Part shown: positions 29,310 through 46,170 of the stretch, piece by piece
How positions within the stretch are numbered: the first letter of the stretch is position 1
Layout: each line of letters begins with the position of its first letter
Origin: Neocallimastix sp. 'constans'
Lineage: Eukaryota
Assembly (NCBI GenBank): GCA_050613775.1
Contig: JBODTK010000111.1
Coordinates: 496,001-542,170 of the forward strand
DNA length: 46,170 nucleotides
Reading direction: 5' to 3'
Made by a program: the position numbers and the translations under genes
The notes under the pieces: model-generated
Told to the model about the DNA's origin: nothing
Databases searched by the model: none
What the model saw: the letters and a program-made list of their open reading frames with translations, nothing else

Positions 29310-32300
29310 ATGGATAATATTGATGAATTAGTTAGAATTTTCCAAAATGTTGGTTTAGCTGAAAAGAAAGCTAAGGAAACCGCAAACAACAAAAAAATTG
29401 GTCCAATTTTCCACACTGCTATTGTTGAAGTAAATAATCAGTATAGTATATTAATATAATATTAATATAAATATATATATTAATATATATATATTTATAA
29501 ATATGTAAGAATTTTATATATTTATATTAAAAAAAAATATTTAACAATTTTTTTTATAAATATACTTGAATAAATTATAGGCTGGATTACAAGAAGGTTG
29601 TGATAAAACTACAGGTGCTTTATTATATTTCCTTGCTGGTAAGATTCCAAAGGACTCCAAATACATTGGTTATATAGCTAAGAAAATCGCTAGTAAAGAT
29701 TTAGCTACCAACGACCAAGTTCAAGGTAATATATTATAAAAATATAAATAAATTATTGTAATTTTATAATTATGTATATGTGCAACATTAAAATTAATAG
29801 TAAATTAATATTAAAATTATATTTATTATATATATAAAAGCTGCTGTCAAATATGTCGCTAATGTTGATGAAATTGACGAAGCTAAATTTAATGAAGAAT
29901 GTGGTGTTGGTAATTATTATAAATAACTATATATAATAACAAATTTAAAATAATAATATTTCAAGATATTATATATTATTAATTAATATTACAATTTAAT
30001 AAAAATTTAATTATGTTATAAATTAATATATTTATATATATATTATATAATACAAATAATTTTTATTTTGTTATTTTTGTTATTAGGCGTTGTTGTTTCT
30101 CAAGAAGAAATTCAAGCCGCCATTAAGGCTTTATTAGATTCAAGAAAGGATGAATTAATTGAAAAGAGATACACATTAGTTGGTCAATTACTTGGTTCCC
30201 TTCGTGGACAATTAAAATGGGCCAATGCTCAAATGTTAAAGGAAGAATTAGATAAGAGTGTTCTTGCTCTTATTGGTCCAAAGGATGATAGAGATGATCC
30301 AAAGAAGGTTAGTAATTAATTTTCATTTTTAAAAATATTTCTTTACATTTTTTTATTACTTAATTGTAATTTTGATGAAAATAATTTTAAATAATATAAT
30401 AATAATGTTTTAAAACTAATTGTAATATATGTTTCATATTAATATTTATATCTTTTATAAAATAATTTAAAATAACATAACTATTACTACTCAATTGTTA
30501 TTAATTTCATTCACTGAACAATAAAATATTCTAACAAAATATAAATGAATGTTAAAACTGTTGTTATTACCATTAATATCAATAAATAAAAAATTTAATA
30601 ATAATGATAATACTAATAAAAATTTTATTTACATAACAATTAATAAATAACCATAAACTAAATTCAAATTTTAATTTAAAATTCATTCAACCATTAATAA
30701 AAAACCTAATTAAATTCAAATTTAATTGAAAATTAATTCGCCTTAATAAAAAATTTTAATTTATAGAAAAAAGCTAAGGCTAAGAAAGAAAACAAGAAGC
30801 AAGCTCCAGTTCAAAAGAAACAAACTGGTAACACTAGTAAGGCCAGTCAGTTAAATCTTGATTTCGTTTTCGAAGGTGAACTTGCTAAACTTCATAAGCC
30901 AGGAGGTAATAAACAAATTAAGGAATCTTTAATGGAAGAACACTTAAAGGCTACTGGTAAGAGAGTTTATACTCGTTTCCCACCAGAACCAAATGGTTTC
31001 TTACATATTGGTCATGCTAAGGCTATCAATGTTAACTTTGGTTACGCCCAAGCCCACAATGGTGTTACTTATTTAAGATATGATGATACAAATCCAGAAG
31101 CTGAAGAAGAAAAATACTTTACTTCCATTCTTGAAACCGTTAAATGGTTAGGTTTCAAACCATGGAAGATTACTTACTCTTCTGATTACTTTGATAAATT
31201 ATATGAACTTGCTGTTGATCTTATTAAGCGTGGTTTTGCTTATGTTTGTCACTGTACTGGTGAAGAAATTAAGGCTCAACGTGGTGGTGAAAACAAGGGT
31301 CCAAGATATGACTGTCCACACAGAAATCGTCCAATTGAAGAAAATTTAAGAGAATTCCAAAATATGAAGGATGGTAAATACAAGGAAGGAGAAGCTACTC
31401 TTAGAATGAAGATGGATATGCAAAATCCAAATCCACAATTCTGGGATTTAGTTGCATACCGTGTTATGTTTACTAAGCACTATCGTACTGGTGATAAATG
31501 GTGTATTTACCCAACCTATGATTTCACTCACTGTATTTGTGATTCTCTTGAAAACATTACTCACTCTTTATGTACTACTGAATTCAGAATGTCCAGAGAT
31601 TCTTACTACTGGTTACTTGATGCATTAGAAATCTATAAGCCAGTTCAATGGGAATATGGTAGACTTTCTATTACTAACACTATTCTTTCTAAGAGAAAGT
31701 TAAATAAATTAGTTTCTGAAAAGATTGTTAATGATTGGGATGATCCAAGATTATTCACTTTACCAGCTCTTCGTCGTCGTGGTTTTACACCAGAAGCCAT
31801 TAACGCTTTCGTTCGTGATGTTGGTGTCACTACTGCTAATACTATCATTAAGGTTGGCCGTTTAGAAAACTATGTTCGTGATCACCTTAACGATATCGCT
31901 CCAAGACTTATGACTGTTTTAGATCCATTAAAGGTTGTCATCACTAATTTAGCTGATGACTTTGTTCAAGAAATTACTGTTCCAAATAAGCCACGTGATG
32001 AATCAATGGGTAATCACAATATTCCATTCACCAAAACCATCTACATTGATCGTTCTGATTTCCGTGAACAAGATGATCCAAACTTCTACCGTCTTGCTCC
32101 AAACAAAACTGTTGGTTTATTATACGTTGAACACCCAATTACTTGTACTGAGGTTATTAAGGATTCTGAAGGTAAGGTTGTTGAAATTAGAGCTAAATAC
32201 GAAGATCAAAATGCTCGTAAGCCAAAGACCTTTATTCAATGGGTTGCTGAATCTCCAAAGCATAACTCACCAGTTGAAATTGAAGTTCGTGAATACTCTA

Positions 32301-32560
32301 ACTTATTCCTTCATGAAAATCCAATGGATTCTACTGCTGTTCCAAATGGTTGGTTATCCGATATTAATCCAAACTCCTTAACTGTTATTCCAAAAGCCTT
32401 TGCTGAAGTTGGTATTAATAATTGTAAGGTTGAAGATAAGTACCAATTTGTTCGTATTGGTTACTTCTGTGTTGATTCTGATTCTAAGTTAGATGGACCA
32501 GAAAAGAAGATTGTGGTTAACCGTACTGTTACCTTAAAGGAAGACAGTAACAAAAATTAG
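29310..32560 (+). CDS. GLN4: Glutaminyl-tRNA synthetase; exons 29310-29429, 29581-29725, 29841-29909, 30087-30307, 30767-32560
   Basis: Eukaryotic N-terminal tRNA-binding domain (GLAEKKAKET, FNEECGVGV, LKWAN, LIGPK), then TRFPPEPNGFLHIGH, YDDTNP, IYPTYDFTH, THSLCTTEF, LSKRKL, WDDPRL, QFVRIGYF. Confidence 0.98.
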
Positions 32561-32713
32561 ATAAATTTATTATATTTTTTTTTATTATATATATACATAT
32601 ATATATATTAATATACATATAAATATATATAAATATATATAAATATATAAATGTTTATGTAAATCTAATTATCATTAATGAATTAAAAACAAATTTTGAA
32701 ATAAAACAAATAG

Positions 32714-32754
<41 letters not shown>

Positions 32755-32884
32755 GAAAATATAATTATAATGTTTTATTTAAAATAAAAAAAAAAATTAT
32801 GAAAAACAAAAATGTATAATGTATATCTAAGAACTTTTTAAATCTTAAATCTAAAATAAAAATAATCAATTAAATAAATTTATA

Positions 32885-32915
<31 letters not shown>

Positions 32916-33257
32916 AAATAAATTTATCTATTTTCAATAGGTATCAATCTTTTTAAAGATAAAAGAATAAATATATATATATGACAGTTATTATATATAT
33001 TAAAATGGATTAAATGGATTTATTTATTTATTTATTTTTTATTATGTATTAATGTAATTTTATATATAGTTTTTTTCACTTTTCACATTTTTTTTTTTTT
33101 TATTTTTTTAAAGAAAAAGAAAAAAAGTTTCTATATTACTATTACTATTATTATTATTATTACTATAAATTATTTTGCTCTAATGTATCAAATAATTTTA
33201 TTAAAAATGAGATTATTCATTATTTTTATTATTTTAATTATTAATTATTAAATACTA

Positions 33258-33299
<42 letters not shown>

Positions 33300-33387
33300 T
33301 TTTTTTTTATAAAAAATAATAAATATTAATATATATGATTCGTATGATCTAATACTCTATAAATATATATTATATATATATTTTTAC

Positions 33388-36959
<3,572 letters not shown>

Positions 36960-37468
36960 ATATAAAATATTTTTTTTTTTACTTTTGTTTAATATATAAT
37001 ATATTTAAAATTAATAAATCTGTTTTATTTAAAAAAAAAAAAAAAATTTTTTTATATGATCATAATATAAATAATATATTTTTAATTATAATTGATAATA
37101 AATAAATATAAAAAATATTTAAATAAATAGTTTTTCCTATTTTTTTCTTCTAAATTTTATATTTAACAATTAAATATAAATAATTAGTATAAAATATTTA
37201 ATATATATATATAATTTTTTTTTATAATTATTATAATTATTTATATGGTATAATTAAATCAATTGAAATTAATTGAATAATATATCATTAAATTTATTGA
37301 TCAATTAAAATCTTTTCTGAATATCAAAAAATGATTTTTTTTATAGTATTTAACATGTATAAAATCAAAGTTATTTAAAACTAATACTGCATTAATAGAC
37401 AACAAATGAAAGAAAAAAAATATCTATATACAAATATATTCTATTATTACTTTCAATAAATAATAAAA

Positions 37469-37612
<144 letters not shown>

Positions 37613-37902
37613 TAGATAAACAAGAATAAATTAAAGTTCAAAAACGAACAAAAAAAAATTATCTTGTTATTTTTTTAATAGGAAAATTATTAAAAGTATT
37701 ATTGTACTATAAAAAGATTTTTATAATTATAATGAAAATTTCAAGTTATTGATATTTTAAAATACATAAATATAATAACAGAGAGTGTCCCAATGTTGTA
37801 TTTCTCAATGAAGCTTTATATAAACTGTGGAGTCCTTTATTTTTTCGTTCTTGTAACGTGGCGTATAATATATAAATTAATTATTGAAAAAGTTTAATAC
37901 TT

Positions 37903-37950
37903 TAATAAAAGTTTTTGAAAAAAAAAAATTTTTTTCAAAAACTTTTATTA
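37903..37950. repeat. Perfect inverted repeat, 22-bp arms with 4-nt loop
   Basis: taataaaagtttttgaaaaaaa-aaaa-tttttttcaaaaacttttatta. Confidence 0.85.
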
Positions 37951-38621
37951 TTTTGGCCTTTGATATTTAATTTATTTTATTTTTAAAGTATATCTTATTT
38001 TTTTAAATTATATTTTTATTTTTTTTTTAAAAAAATATATAAAACTTTCAATTTTAGATATTTTAAATATGATGAAGTGGTTAAATAAATAAATATAAAA
38101 AGTTTAAAAATATTTTTTTTTCCAAAACTTTTAATTAAATATCTTATTTTTAGAGAATATTTTATTTATTTTAAAGATACATAAAACTTTTTATTTTAAT
38201 ATAAGGTTTTTTTTTTTTTTTTTTTAAAGAATATTAATAAAGCTAATTATAAAAGTTTTAATTTTAATAAAATAATTATTTATTGATATTTAATTAAAAT
38301 GAATTAAATTAATAAATAAAATTCTTTAAATGTTTTTAATTTTATTGTTTTTTAAAAATAAAATTATTATTATTACTCTAATTAATAAAATATTTATTTT
38401 TTATTTATTTATTTATATTTTGTAAGAAAAAAATATTTATTGCATTAAATTACATCATCAAAAAGCCACATTGTTAAATGTAACACATTCGATAATAACA
38501 TATATATATTTTAATATTATTAATAAAGCGATATTTTGAAGTATAGACATTTAAAATATTGTATGAATATGAACAAAATGTTAGAGTTAATATAATATAT
38601 ATAATTCTTTGATATTAAAAA

Positions 38622-39512
38622 TTAAAAGATTTCAGGGAATTTTCTTTGATAATTAATAAGTTTTTCAAAGGATTCCATATCTAATTTTTAATTATTTAAA
38701 TAAAGAAAAAACAAAATTAAAAAATAATAATAATAAAAACAATAATATTATTAGAAAATTTTCATGAAATTTATTAATTATATAAATATTTATTGATTTT
38801 TTTTTTAATAAGTCTTTAATATATTAATAATATATAAAAAGACTTTTACCAAAGTTATCTCCTAAACCTATGGCTTCAGCAGTTTCTGTTATAGAATCTT
38901 CTCCTGTAATTTGACCAATAACTTCAACAAATCTTGAATTATAAGCATTTCCGTACTTTTATCAATTTAATTGAAAGATTAAAAAATTGATTTAAAATAT
39001 AATTTAGAAATTATTATTACTTATAATAAAAAATAAATTTATTTAATTATTTTATGAAACTTACATGATTGATTGAAACTTTAACATTTCCTTGATCGCT
39101 TGTCTTTAAAATAACAGAATCACCTTGATTCTTAACAATTTGAATATATAAAATTTTTGAATTATATTGTTTAATTAATTAAAAAAAATTATTTCATTTA
39201 GAAACAATATTAATTGTATTTCGAAAAATAATATAAATATTTTATTGATAAAAAAAATATAAAAGTAATAATAATAATAATAATATTGATAAATGTGTTA
39301 TTTCATTAAGAATCATTCTTGAAATATAATTATATAATAACATTTAATAATATTATTAAAACTAAAATTTGAAATCCCTTGTATAATTTTAATTATTAAA
39401 TCTATGAGTATATAATACATACAGAAAGAACTTGTCCAACAACTCTAACATTTTTATTTATATATTCTCTAAACATAGAAGAATTTATACGTGGAATAAC
39501 AACATCACTCAT
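38622..39512 (-). CDS. RFA3: Replication protein A 14-kDa subunit (RPA3), 4 exons; absent from the ORF track
   Basis: Spliced: MSDVVIPRINSSMFREYINKNVRVVGQVLS|NQGDSVILKTSDQGNVKVSINH|YGNAYNSRFVEVIGQITGEDSITETAEAIGLGDNF|DMESFEKLINYQRKFPEIF*; PRIN, VRxVGxV, VEVIG, GDNFD and FPxIF are RPA14 hallmarks. Confidence 0.88.
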
Positions 39513-39602
39513 TTTAATTGATATTTCTTCAAAAATATTTTTTGATTGAAAGAATCTAATATAATAAATTTATAATATTAAAAAAAAATTTTTTTTAAAC
39601 TT

Positions 39603-39636
<34 letters not shown>

Positions 39637-39727
39637 ATTATACTATTTATACTATTATATAAAAAATATAAAAAGGATAAAAAAAAAAATTTTTTTTTAT
39701 GGTGGTGCTGTATAAAGCTTTGTCCTA

Positions 39728-39758
<31 letters not shown>

Positions 39759-39875
39759 AAATATAAACATAATTGAAATATGGATATAAATAAATAAATA
39801 AATAAATATATATATATACAAAAAAATATATATAATTATTATATTCAAATAAATTCAAAGAAAAATAAAAGTCTC

Positions 39876-39908
<33 letters not shown>

Positions 39909-40410
39909 AAGAGTTTGTTATTTATGAAATATAGAGAATAAAATAATTATAAAAATGTAGAAGTTTTTTATATAGTTGTTTTTTTTTTTATATATATAAT
40001 TTATTTATATAATACTTATATAATTTTTAAAAACAGCATAAATACTATTTTATTATTATTATTATATTATTAACTATTATTTATTAATAAATAATAATAA
40101 AAAATAATAAAAAATAACATTTTTCTAATAAATAAAAAACAGCTAAAATTAATAAACTAAGGAAAAAATAATACTAATAAATAAATAAATAGATAAATAA
40201 AGAAAGATAATATGATAATATCTTTTATTATTATTATATTATTATTATTATTGTAATTTTCCCTCCAAAACTATATAATTTATTATTATTAATAATAATA
40301 TTATTATTTTGTTCCTTTAATATTTATGTATGTAAATTTTTTTCTTATTGATAAACTTTAATAAAATTAATTATTTAATAATTTTAAATTTATTTATTTA
40401 TTTTTATTTT

Positions 40411-40445
<35 letters not shown>

Positions 40446-40716
40446 TAGTATCTTTCTTTGTTTATTATATTTTATTTTATTTTTTGATTTGCTTATTTTG
40501 CTTTATATTGTTTTACTTAATGTTAAAGGAAATAGTTATGAATAAGTTATAATAGTATGTATTAAATATATATAATTATTTAAAAAAAAAAAAAATAAAA
40601 TAAAATTTAATTATTTTCCATATGTGAAACATATTTAATATTTAAATATATTTATATTGTTAAATCCTGAGATAGATTATATATATATTTATATATTTTT
40701 TTTATATTTTGAAAAT

Positions 40717-41348
40717 TTATTCTTCTCTTGTTTTTAAATTATTAGTATTATCTAATTCAAGATTATTACAATCTTTATCATTTGATATGTATGATTTTTT
40801 GATATTATTTTTATCATTTTCTTTGTCATCGATATCAGATTTTTCCATTTCTGTTTTCATTAATTCATCTTTCTTTTTTATATCATTTTTAGTATTATTT
40901 TTACTTTTTTTACTTTCAGCTATTATTTCATCTTTAGTTAAATTAGCATTAATTATTTTATTATCATCTTCTTTCAAACCATTAGTATTTAAAGATTCTT
41001 TCGAATTTCCATTATTGTTATTATTAGTTATTTCTTTTTCTAATTTTTCTTTTTTTTCTTCTTCTTCAACTTCTTTTAATAAATCTTCATAAGTTTTTTC
41101 TGGTCTGAAAACTGGTACACTTGGATCTATTTTATGCATTTCTTCTAAACGTGATACAAAATCAAAGTATTCAATAGAGAATAAATAAGAATTACTCATT
41201 CCAACTACTGGCATTGTTGGTTCATCAAGATTGAAAAGTATCTTTTCATATTCTTGAAGAGCAATAGCAAATCCATCATTTGGTCTATTTAAATTAATAA
41301 ATTAAAATTATAAATATATTTAATAAATTATTTAATAATATAATATTT

Positions 41349-41379
<31 letters not shown>

Positions 41380-43595
41380 TTATTATTTTTTTTTAATATT
41401 ACCTTATAATTGGTCTAATTTTAAAAGTAGAGCACCAAGCATCATAAAGTGACATACCCTTGTATCTCATAAGATAAGCGAGAATAATGGTTGAACTTCT
41501 TGATACACCAGCATGACAATGAACTAAAACATTTTCATGTTTTAATCTAGCTTGTTCAATAATTTCATTTGCTTTTTGGAAAAGTTCTTTTATTGGTTCT
41601 TTTGGAAGATCAAAGATATCAAAATTATAGAAATTAAATCTAGATGGATCAGAGTAAGTAATATTAAAATCAGTTCCTAAACGGATAATATGTTTAATAT
41701 TATAATTAATTAAATGACGTTCTTGAGAAGTATATAAACTTCCAAGGTATAAGAATGGAGGACAGACCATTAATGGAACATCATTTGAATTATCCATGGC
41801 ATACCATACATTATGAATAAGATACCTTTGGAATTTTCTAAGTTTTGTTATTTCTTCAGTCTGATTATTTTTTAATAATTTATTATTTGTTGTATCAACA
41901 TTAACACTTGCCATTTGTCTTGGATCATAACAAGCCATACTATCAGTGACTTTAGTTTCTGTCTCTATTTCTCTTTCTGTTTTTGTTTCTATTTCTGTTT
42001 TTATTTCTTTTTCTTTTCCTATTTTTATTTCTGTTTTTATTTCTGTTTCTGTTTGTGTTTCAGTTATTTTTTCTGCTTCTTTATTATTTTCATTCATAGT
42101 AGTAATTTCTGTTAAAACATTTGAATCCTTGATAATACCTTTTTCTTCTTCTAAATGTTCATTATTACTACTATAACAAGTACAATCCATTATCATATTA
42201 TTTATATTATCATTATTAATATTTGGATCTTTAATATCAATATTTTCTTTATTTTGATTAATTTCATCATCTAAGGTCTGATAATCCATTGAATTTTTAT
42301 TATTTTCTGAATTATCAATTTTTCTCTTTTTATCTGTTTGTTCATATTCATAACTTATGTGTTCATTATAATTATCTTTTCTATTGAATATATTTTCTGT
42401 ATTATTTATAGTTTCATTTTCAATAGTAATTGAAATATCATTATTATCAGGAATATTATTTTCCATACTAATGTCATTATTTTGAATTGTTGATGGATTT
42501 GTCATATCAATATCATTTACTTCTATGTTACTTATTTGTGTATAATCAATATTATCAGGGTTAAAAATAGTATTTATATCTTGGTTATTTTTAATGGTTC
42601 CGATATTAAAGGTGTTATCTTTGATATCGGCCATCTCGATAGTATTGGTATATTCCTCATTTAAGGTGTTGTTATTCTGTATAGAACTATAAAGACCTTC
42701 ATTATAATAGTAGTCATCATTATCGTCATCATCATATTCGTCGTCTTCATTTAAATCTTCTGAAACACAAAGCATTGGATAATCTTTCATAAACGATAAA
42801 ATACCATCTTTTAAAATAAAAGACTTTTTTAAAAATATAGATATAATTATTAAAATTATATGTTTTATGTCAATAATTAATAATATTAATATAATAAAAA
42901 CATATTAAAATTATAAACTATTATACTCTTAATATAAGGATTAATAAAAAAAAATTTTTTTTTTCTTGATTTGTATATATTACCTCACAACCCCATTGTC
43001 TTTCTATGCAAATTTCTATAAAAGCTTTTGTAAAAAGACTTTTACCATCATCATCGAATACTATGATAGTACTATTATCTTTTCTATCCCATTGGTCTTC
43101 GAATACAAGAAAACAGGCGTTATAAAATTCTTTTTTAATTTCTACAAAATCAGTTACATCTTTTAATTTCATACAAGTTTGTTTAAGATTTGGGAAGACT
43201 TGTGCACCACATATTGAAAAATTAGAATAGACTGATAAATCTATTAATAAAATGTTCATAAACGCTGTACGATTTTTTATTAACTTTTCAAAAAGTTCCT
43301 TTGATGTAATTTCATAATTATTTGAATTAAATATTTCATCGCTGTAGAAAAAACTTGGATTAACATTCATTAATTTTTCAGTATCAAATTGTAAACATTG
43401 ATTTTGAAATGTATCTACTAATATAGAATTATCAAAATTATTCATTAAAGATCTTAAGCTTGGATCTTGTTCATAACTATAAGTAAATTCTTCTTCAATA
43501 TTACTACTTGTGCTTTCTTTTAAATTATTAGCTTCTTTTTCAATTGGAGTTGTTGAGGCAACTTCTTCCATTTTATCTTCCATTGTAGTCAACAT
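40717..43595 (-). CDS. Dual-specificity (MAP-kinase-type) phosphatase with N-terminal rhodanese-like domain; exons 43595-42984, 42823-41403, 41284-40717
   Basis: ILLIDLS..ICGA..IIVFDDDG..FILKDGILSFMKDYPMLC (rhodanese/CH2-like); FLYLGS, VLVHCHAGVSRSSTIILAYLM (HCxxGxxR), RPII|RPNDGF across the splice junction. Confidence 0.88.
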
Positions 43596-44351
43596 TTTAT
43601 TATATTATAATAAAAATGTATATCTATTTTAGAAAATTTGAAAGGCAAAATAATAATCCAATTTTTCCAATCTTTATGTATAGTAATTAAATGAAAATCA
43701 TTATTGGTATTTATCATTATATTTAATATATATATATATATAGTAAAGAGAATCAACGTAATTTAAATATCCAAAAAAATAAAAAATAATAAAAAAAAAA
43801 AATAATAAGGACATTATTAATTTATAAAATATTATTTTAAAATACATATTTGAATATAATATTAATTAAAAATACTTACATTATTTTTAAAATGATTTTA
43901 TGAATATATTTTCTTAATTTAAAAAAAAAAATAAAAAAAAAAATATATATATATATATATATGGAAATACTGTAAATAAATGCTATTTTGATTTTCTCAT
44001 TAAAATTTTTTATTGGAAATTCTTTTTTTTAAAATAAAAGATATCAATTTAATTTTATCTATAAGTGAGATTCAATCTGAAGAGAAATGTAAATAAATAT
44101 AAATAAACAAATAAATATAGAAATTTCAATAATATTGAATGCCCGATAATTTATTAATATATAAAATTTTAAAATTTAATTGACTTTGGTCATTAAAATT
44201 TTGTGAATAAAATTTTATATATTAATAATATAATAAATGAAATATATATAAAGATTTAATAATTTGAATGCATTTGATATTGAAAAATGTTACTATAAAG
44301 TTTATCTACAATCTTTATATTTAAAAATGTTTATTTCAACTATTTATGAAT

Positions 44352-44411
<60 letters not shown>

Positions 44412-44979
44412 TATTTATTATATTTAAAAGAAGAAAAAAAAAAGAGTAATATAAATTCTAATAATAAACAGAAATTTTTTTAAAATATGTGATATATTAA
44501 ATCTATATTTATTACATTCTTTAATAATAAATAAATAAAGAATAATTTACTAGAAAATTAAACTACTAATAATTAAATAAATTATTAATGAATAATAAAT
44601 AAGTATTAAATAATAATAAATAATAAATAAATAATAACAAATAATAATAAATAATAATAAATAAATTATAAATAATAAATAATAAATAATAAATAAATTA
44701 ATAATGAAATAATAATTTATTAATATATATTATTTATATATTATTTTAAGATAATTTATTTATACATTTATTAATTTATTTATTCATATTTAATAATATC
44801 AATTAACCATAAAATTTATAAGTTGTCAAAAATACTTTAAATACTATAATATTATTGTTTCTTATTTCTACCACAAAAATAAATAAAAGTAAAAAAAAAA
44901 ATTTTTGTAAATATTAATGGTCACGAGCTTTTAACAAATAATAACACAAGAAATTGAAAATAATGTAAATAATGAATAT

Positions 44980-45170
<191 letters not shown>

Positions 45171-46170
45171 TACATAAATTAGTTTTTATATTTTATAAAA
45201 TAAATTTAAATTTATTATAATATACCAAAAAAATAATAAATTTAATTATATATTGGTAGATACAATTATATTATACTGAAATAAATTTATAATATTATAT
45301 TATTTTTAAATTCAATATATCAACCAATATATTAAATAGTACATAAAACTTTAATATATATATTAAATATTAAGTATTTTTTTTATATTATCCCATTTTT
45401 AAAAAAACGATTTTTATTAAAATAGATTATTAAATTATTTTTTATTTTTATTAATAATAAATTAATATAATATATAAAATAATTAATATAATTAATTTAA
45501 TTAAGTTTCCTCCAATGAATTATATGATATACTATTCTATTATGAAATATTCCTAATATAAGTAAATATTAAATAATATACATTTCAATATTTACCATAT
45601 CCTATATTAATTATATTAATTAAAAAATAAATTAATTCCTAAATATACATATAATTAAGTGAATAATGTAATATTTAAAGAAATTAAAATCCATTTATAT
45701 GTCAAACTTTATTTCATAATATTTTTATATAAAATTATAAAATTAGTAATAAAAAATTTAATTATTTTTATATTTAATTATTTTTATAAATAAAAAAAAA
45801 ATAAGGAAATTTAATCAATATTAATATATACTTATGGTTTTATCCTTTAAAAATCAGTATAAATATATTCTTTAAAAATTAAGGATTTCATAAGTATAAA
45901 TTGTTTAATTATTTTATTATATAAATTATTAATAACTATTAAAAAATTATTGAAAGTACTAAAAAAAAAAAAGGAAAAAAAAATTTATTTTAATATAAAA
46001 GATATAAAATTATATCTATATATGTAAATCTGTAAAATACAAATTAATATATAATAATTAATATATAATTAAGCATACTATTAGGTAATTGATTAATATA
46101 AAAAATAATAAATTTTAAAAATTTTAATTATGAATAATAATGAATAATTATTAATACTACCTAATAATTA

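Noticed and set aside
31645..32381. ORFs 31645-31848 and 31956-32381
   Set aside because: Shadow frames of the GlnRS exon.
38069..38090. ATGATGA box C-like motif (also TTGATGA near 30372) as a C/D snoRNA
   Set aside because: No convincing box D with terminal stem or rRNA-complementary guide; motif expected by chance in AT-rich DNA.

Overview
Extremely AT-rich, intron-rich eukaryotic DNA, most consistent with an anaerobic gut fungus (Neocallimastigomycota). This is inferred from composition, fungal-type beta-COP, GGT/GCT/AAG codon bias in housekeeping genes and a flagellar PPIL6-type cyclophilin. Splicing by hand at GT..AG junctions gives ten protein genes: PDI (-), an intronless bacterial-like aldo/keto reductase (-), an MRNIP-like protein (-), coatomer beta (+), tRNA pseudouridine synthase PUS1 (-), PPIL6-like cyclophilin (+), glutaminyl-tRNA synthetase (+), folylpolyglutamate synthase (-), RPA3 (-) and a rhodanese + dual-specificity phosphatase (-). 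Most other ORF-track entries are microsatellite or antisense artefacts. I see no clear multi-gene novel system. The best leads are a hidden in-frame organellar (hydrogenosomal-type) presequence on FPGS, the likely horizontally acquired AKR, a neighbouring GC-rich tRNA-like/SINE-like island, two perfect intergenic palindromes and frequent AAG splice acceptors.
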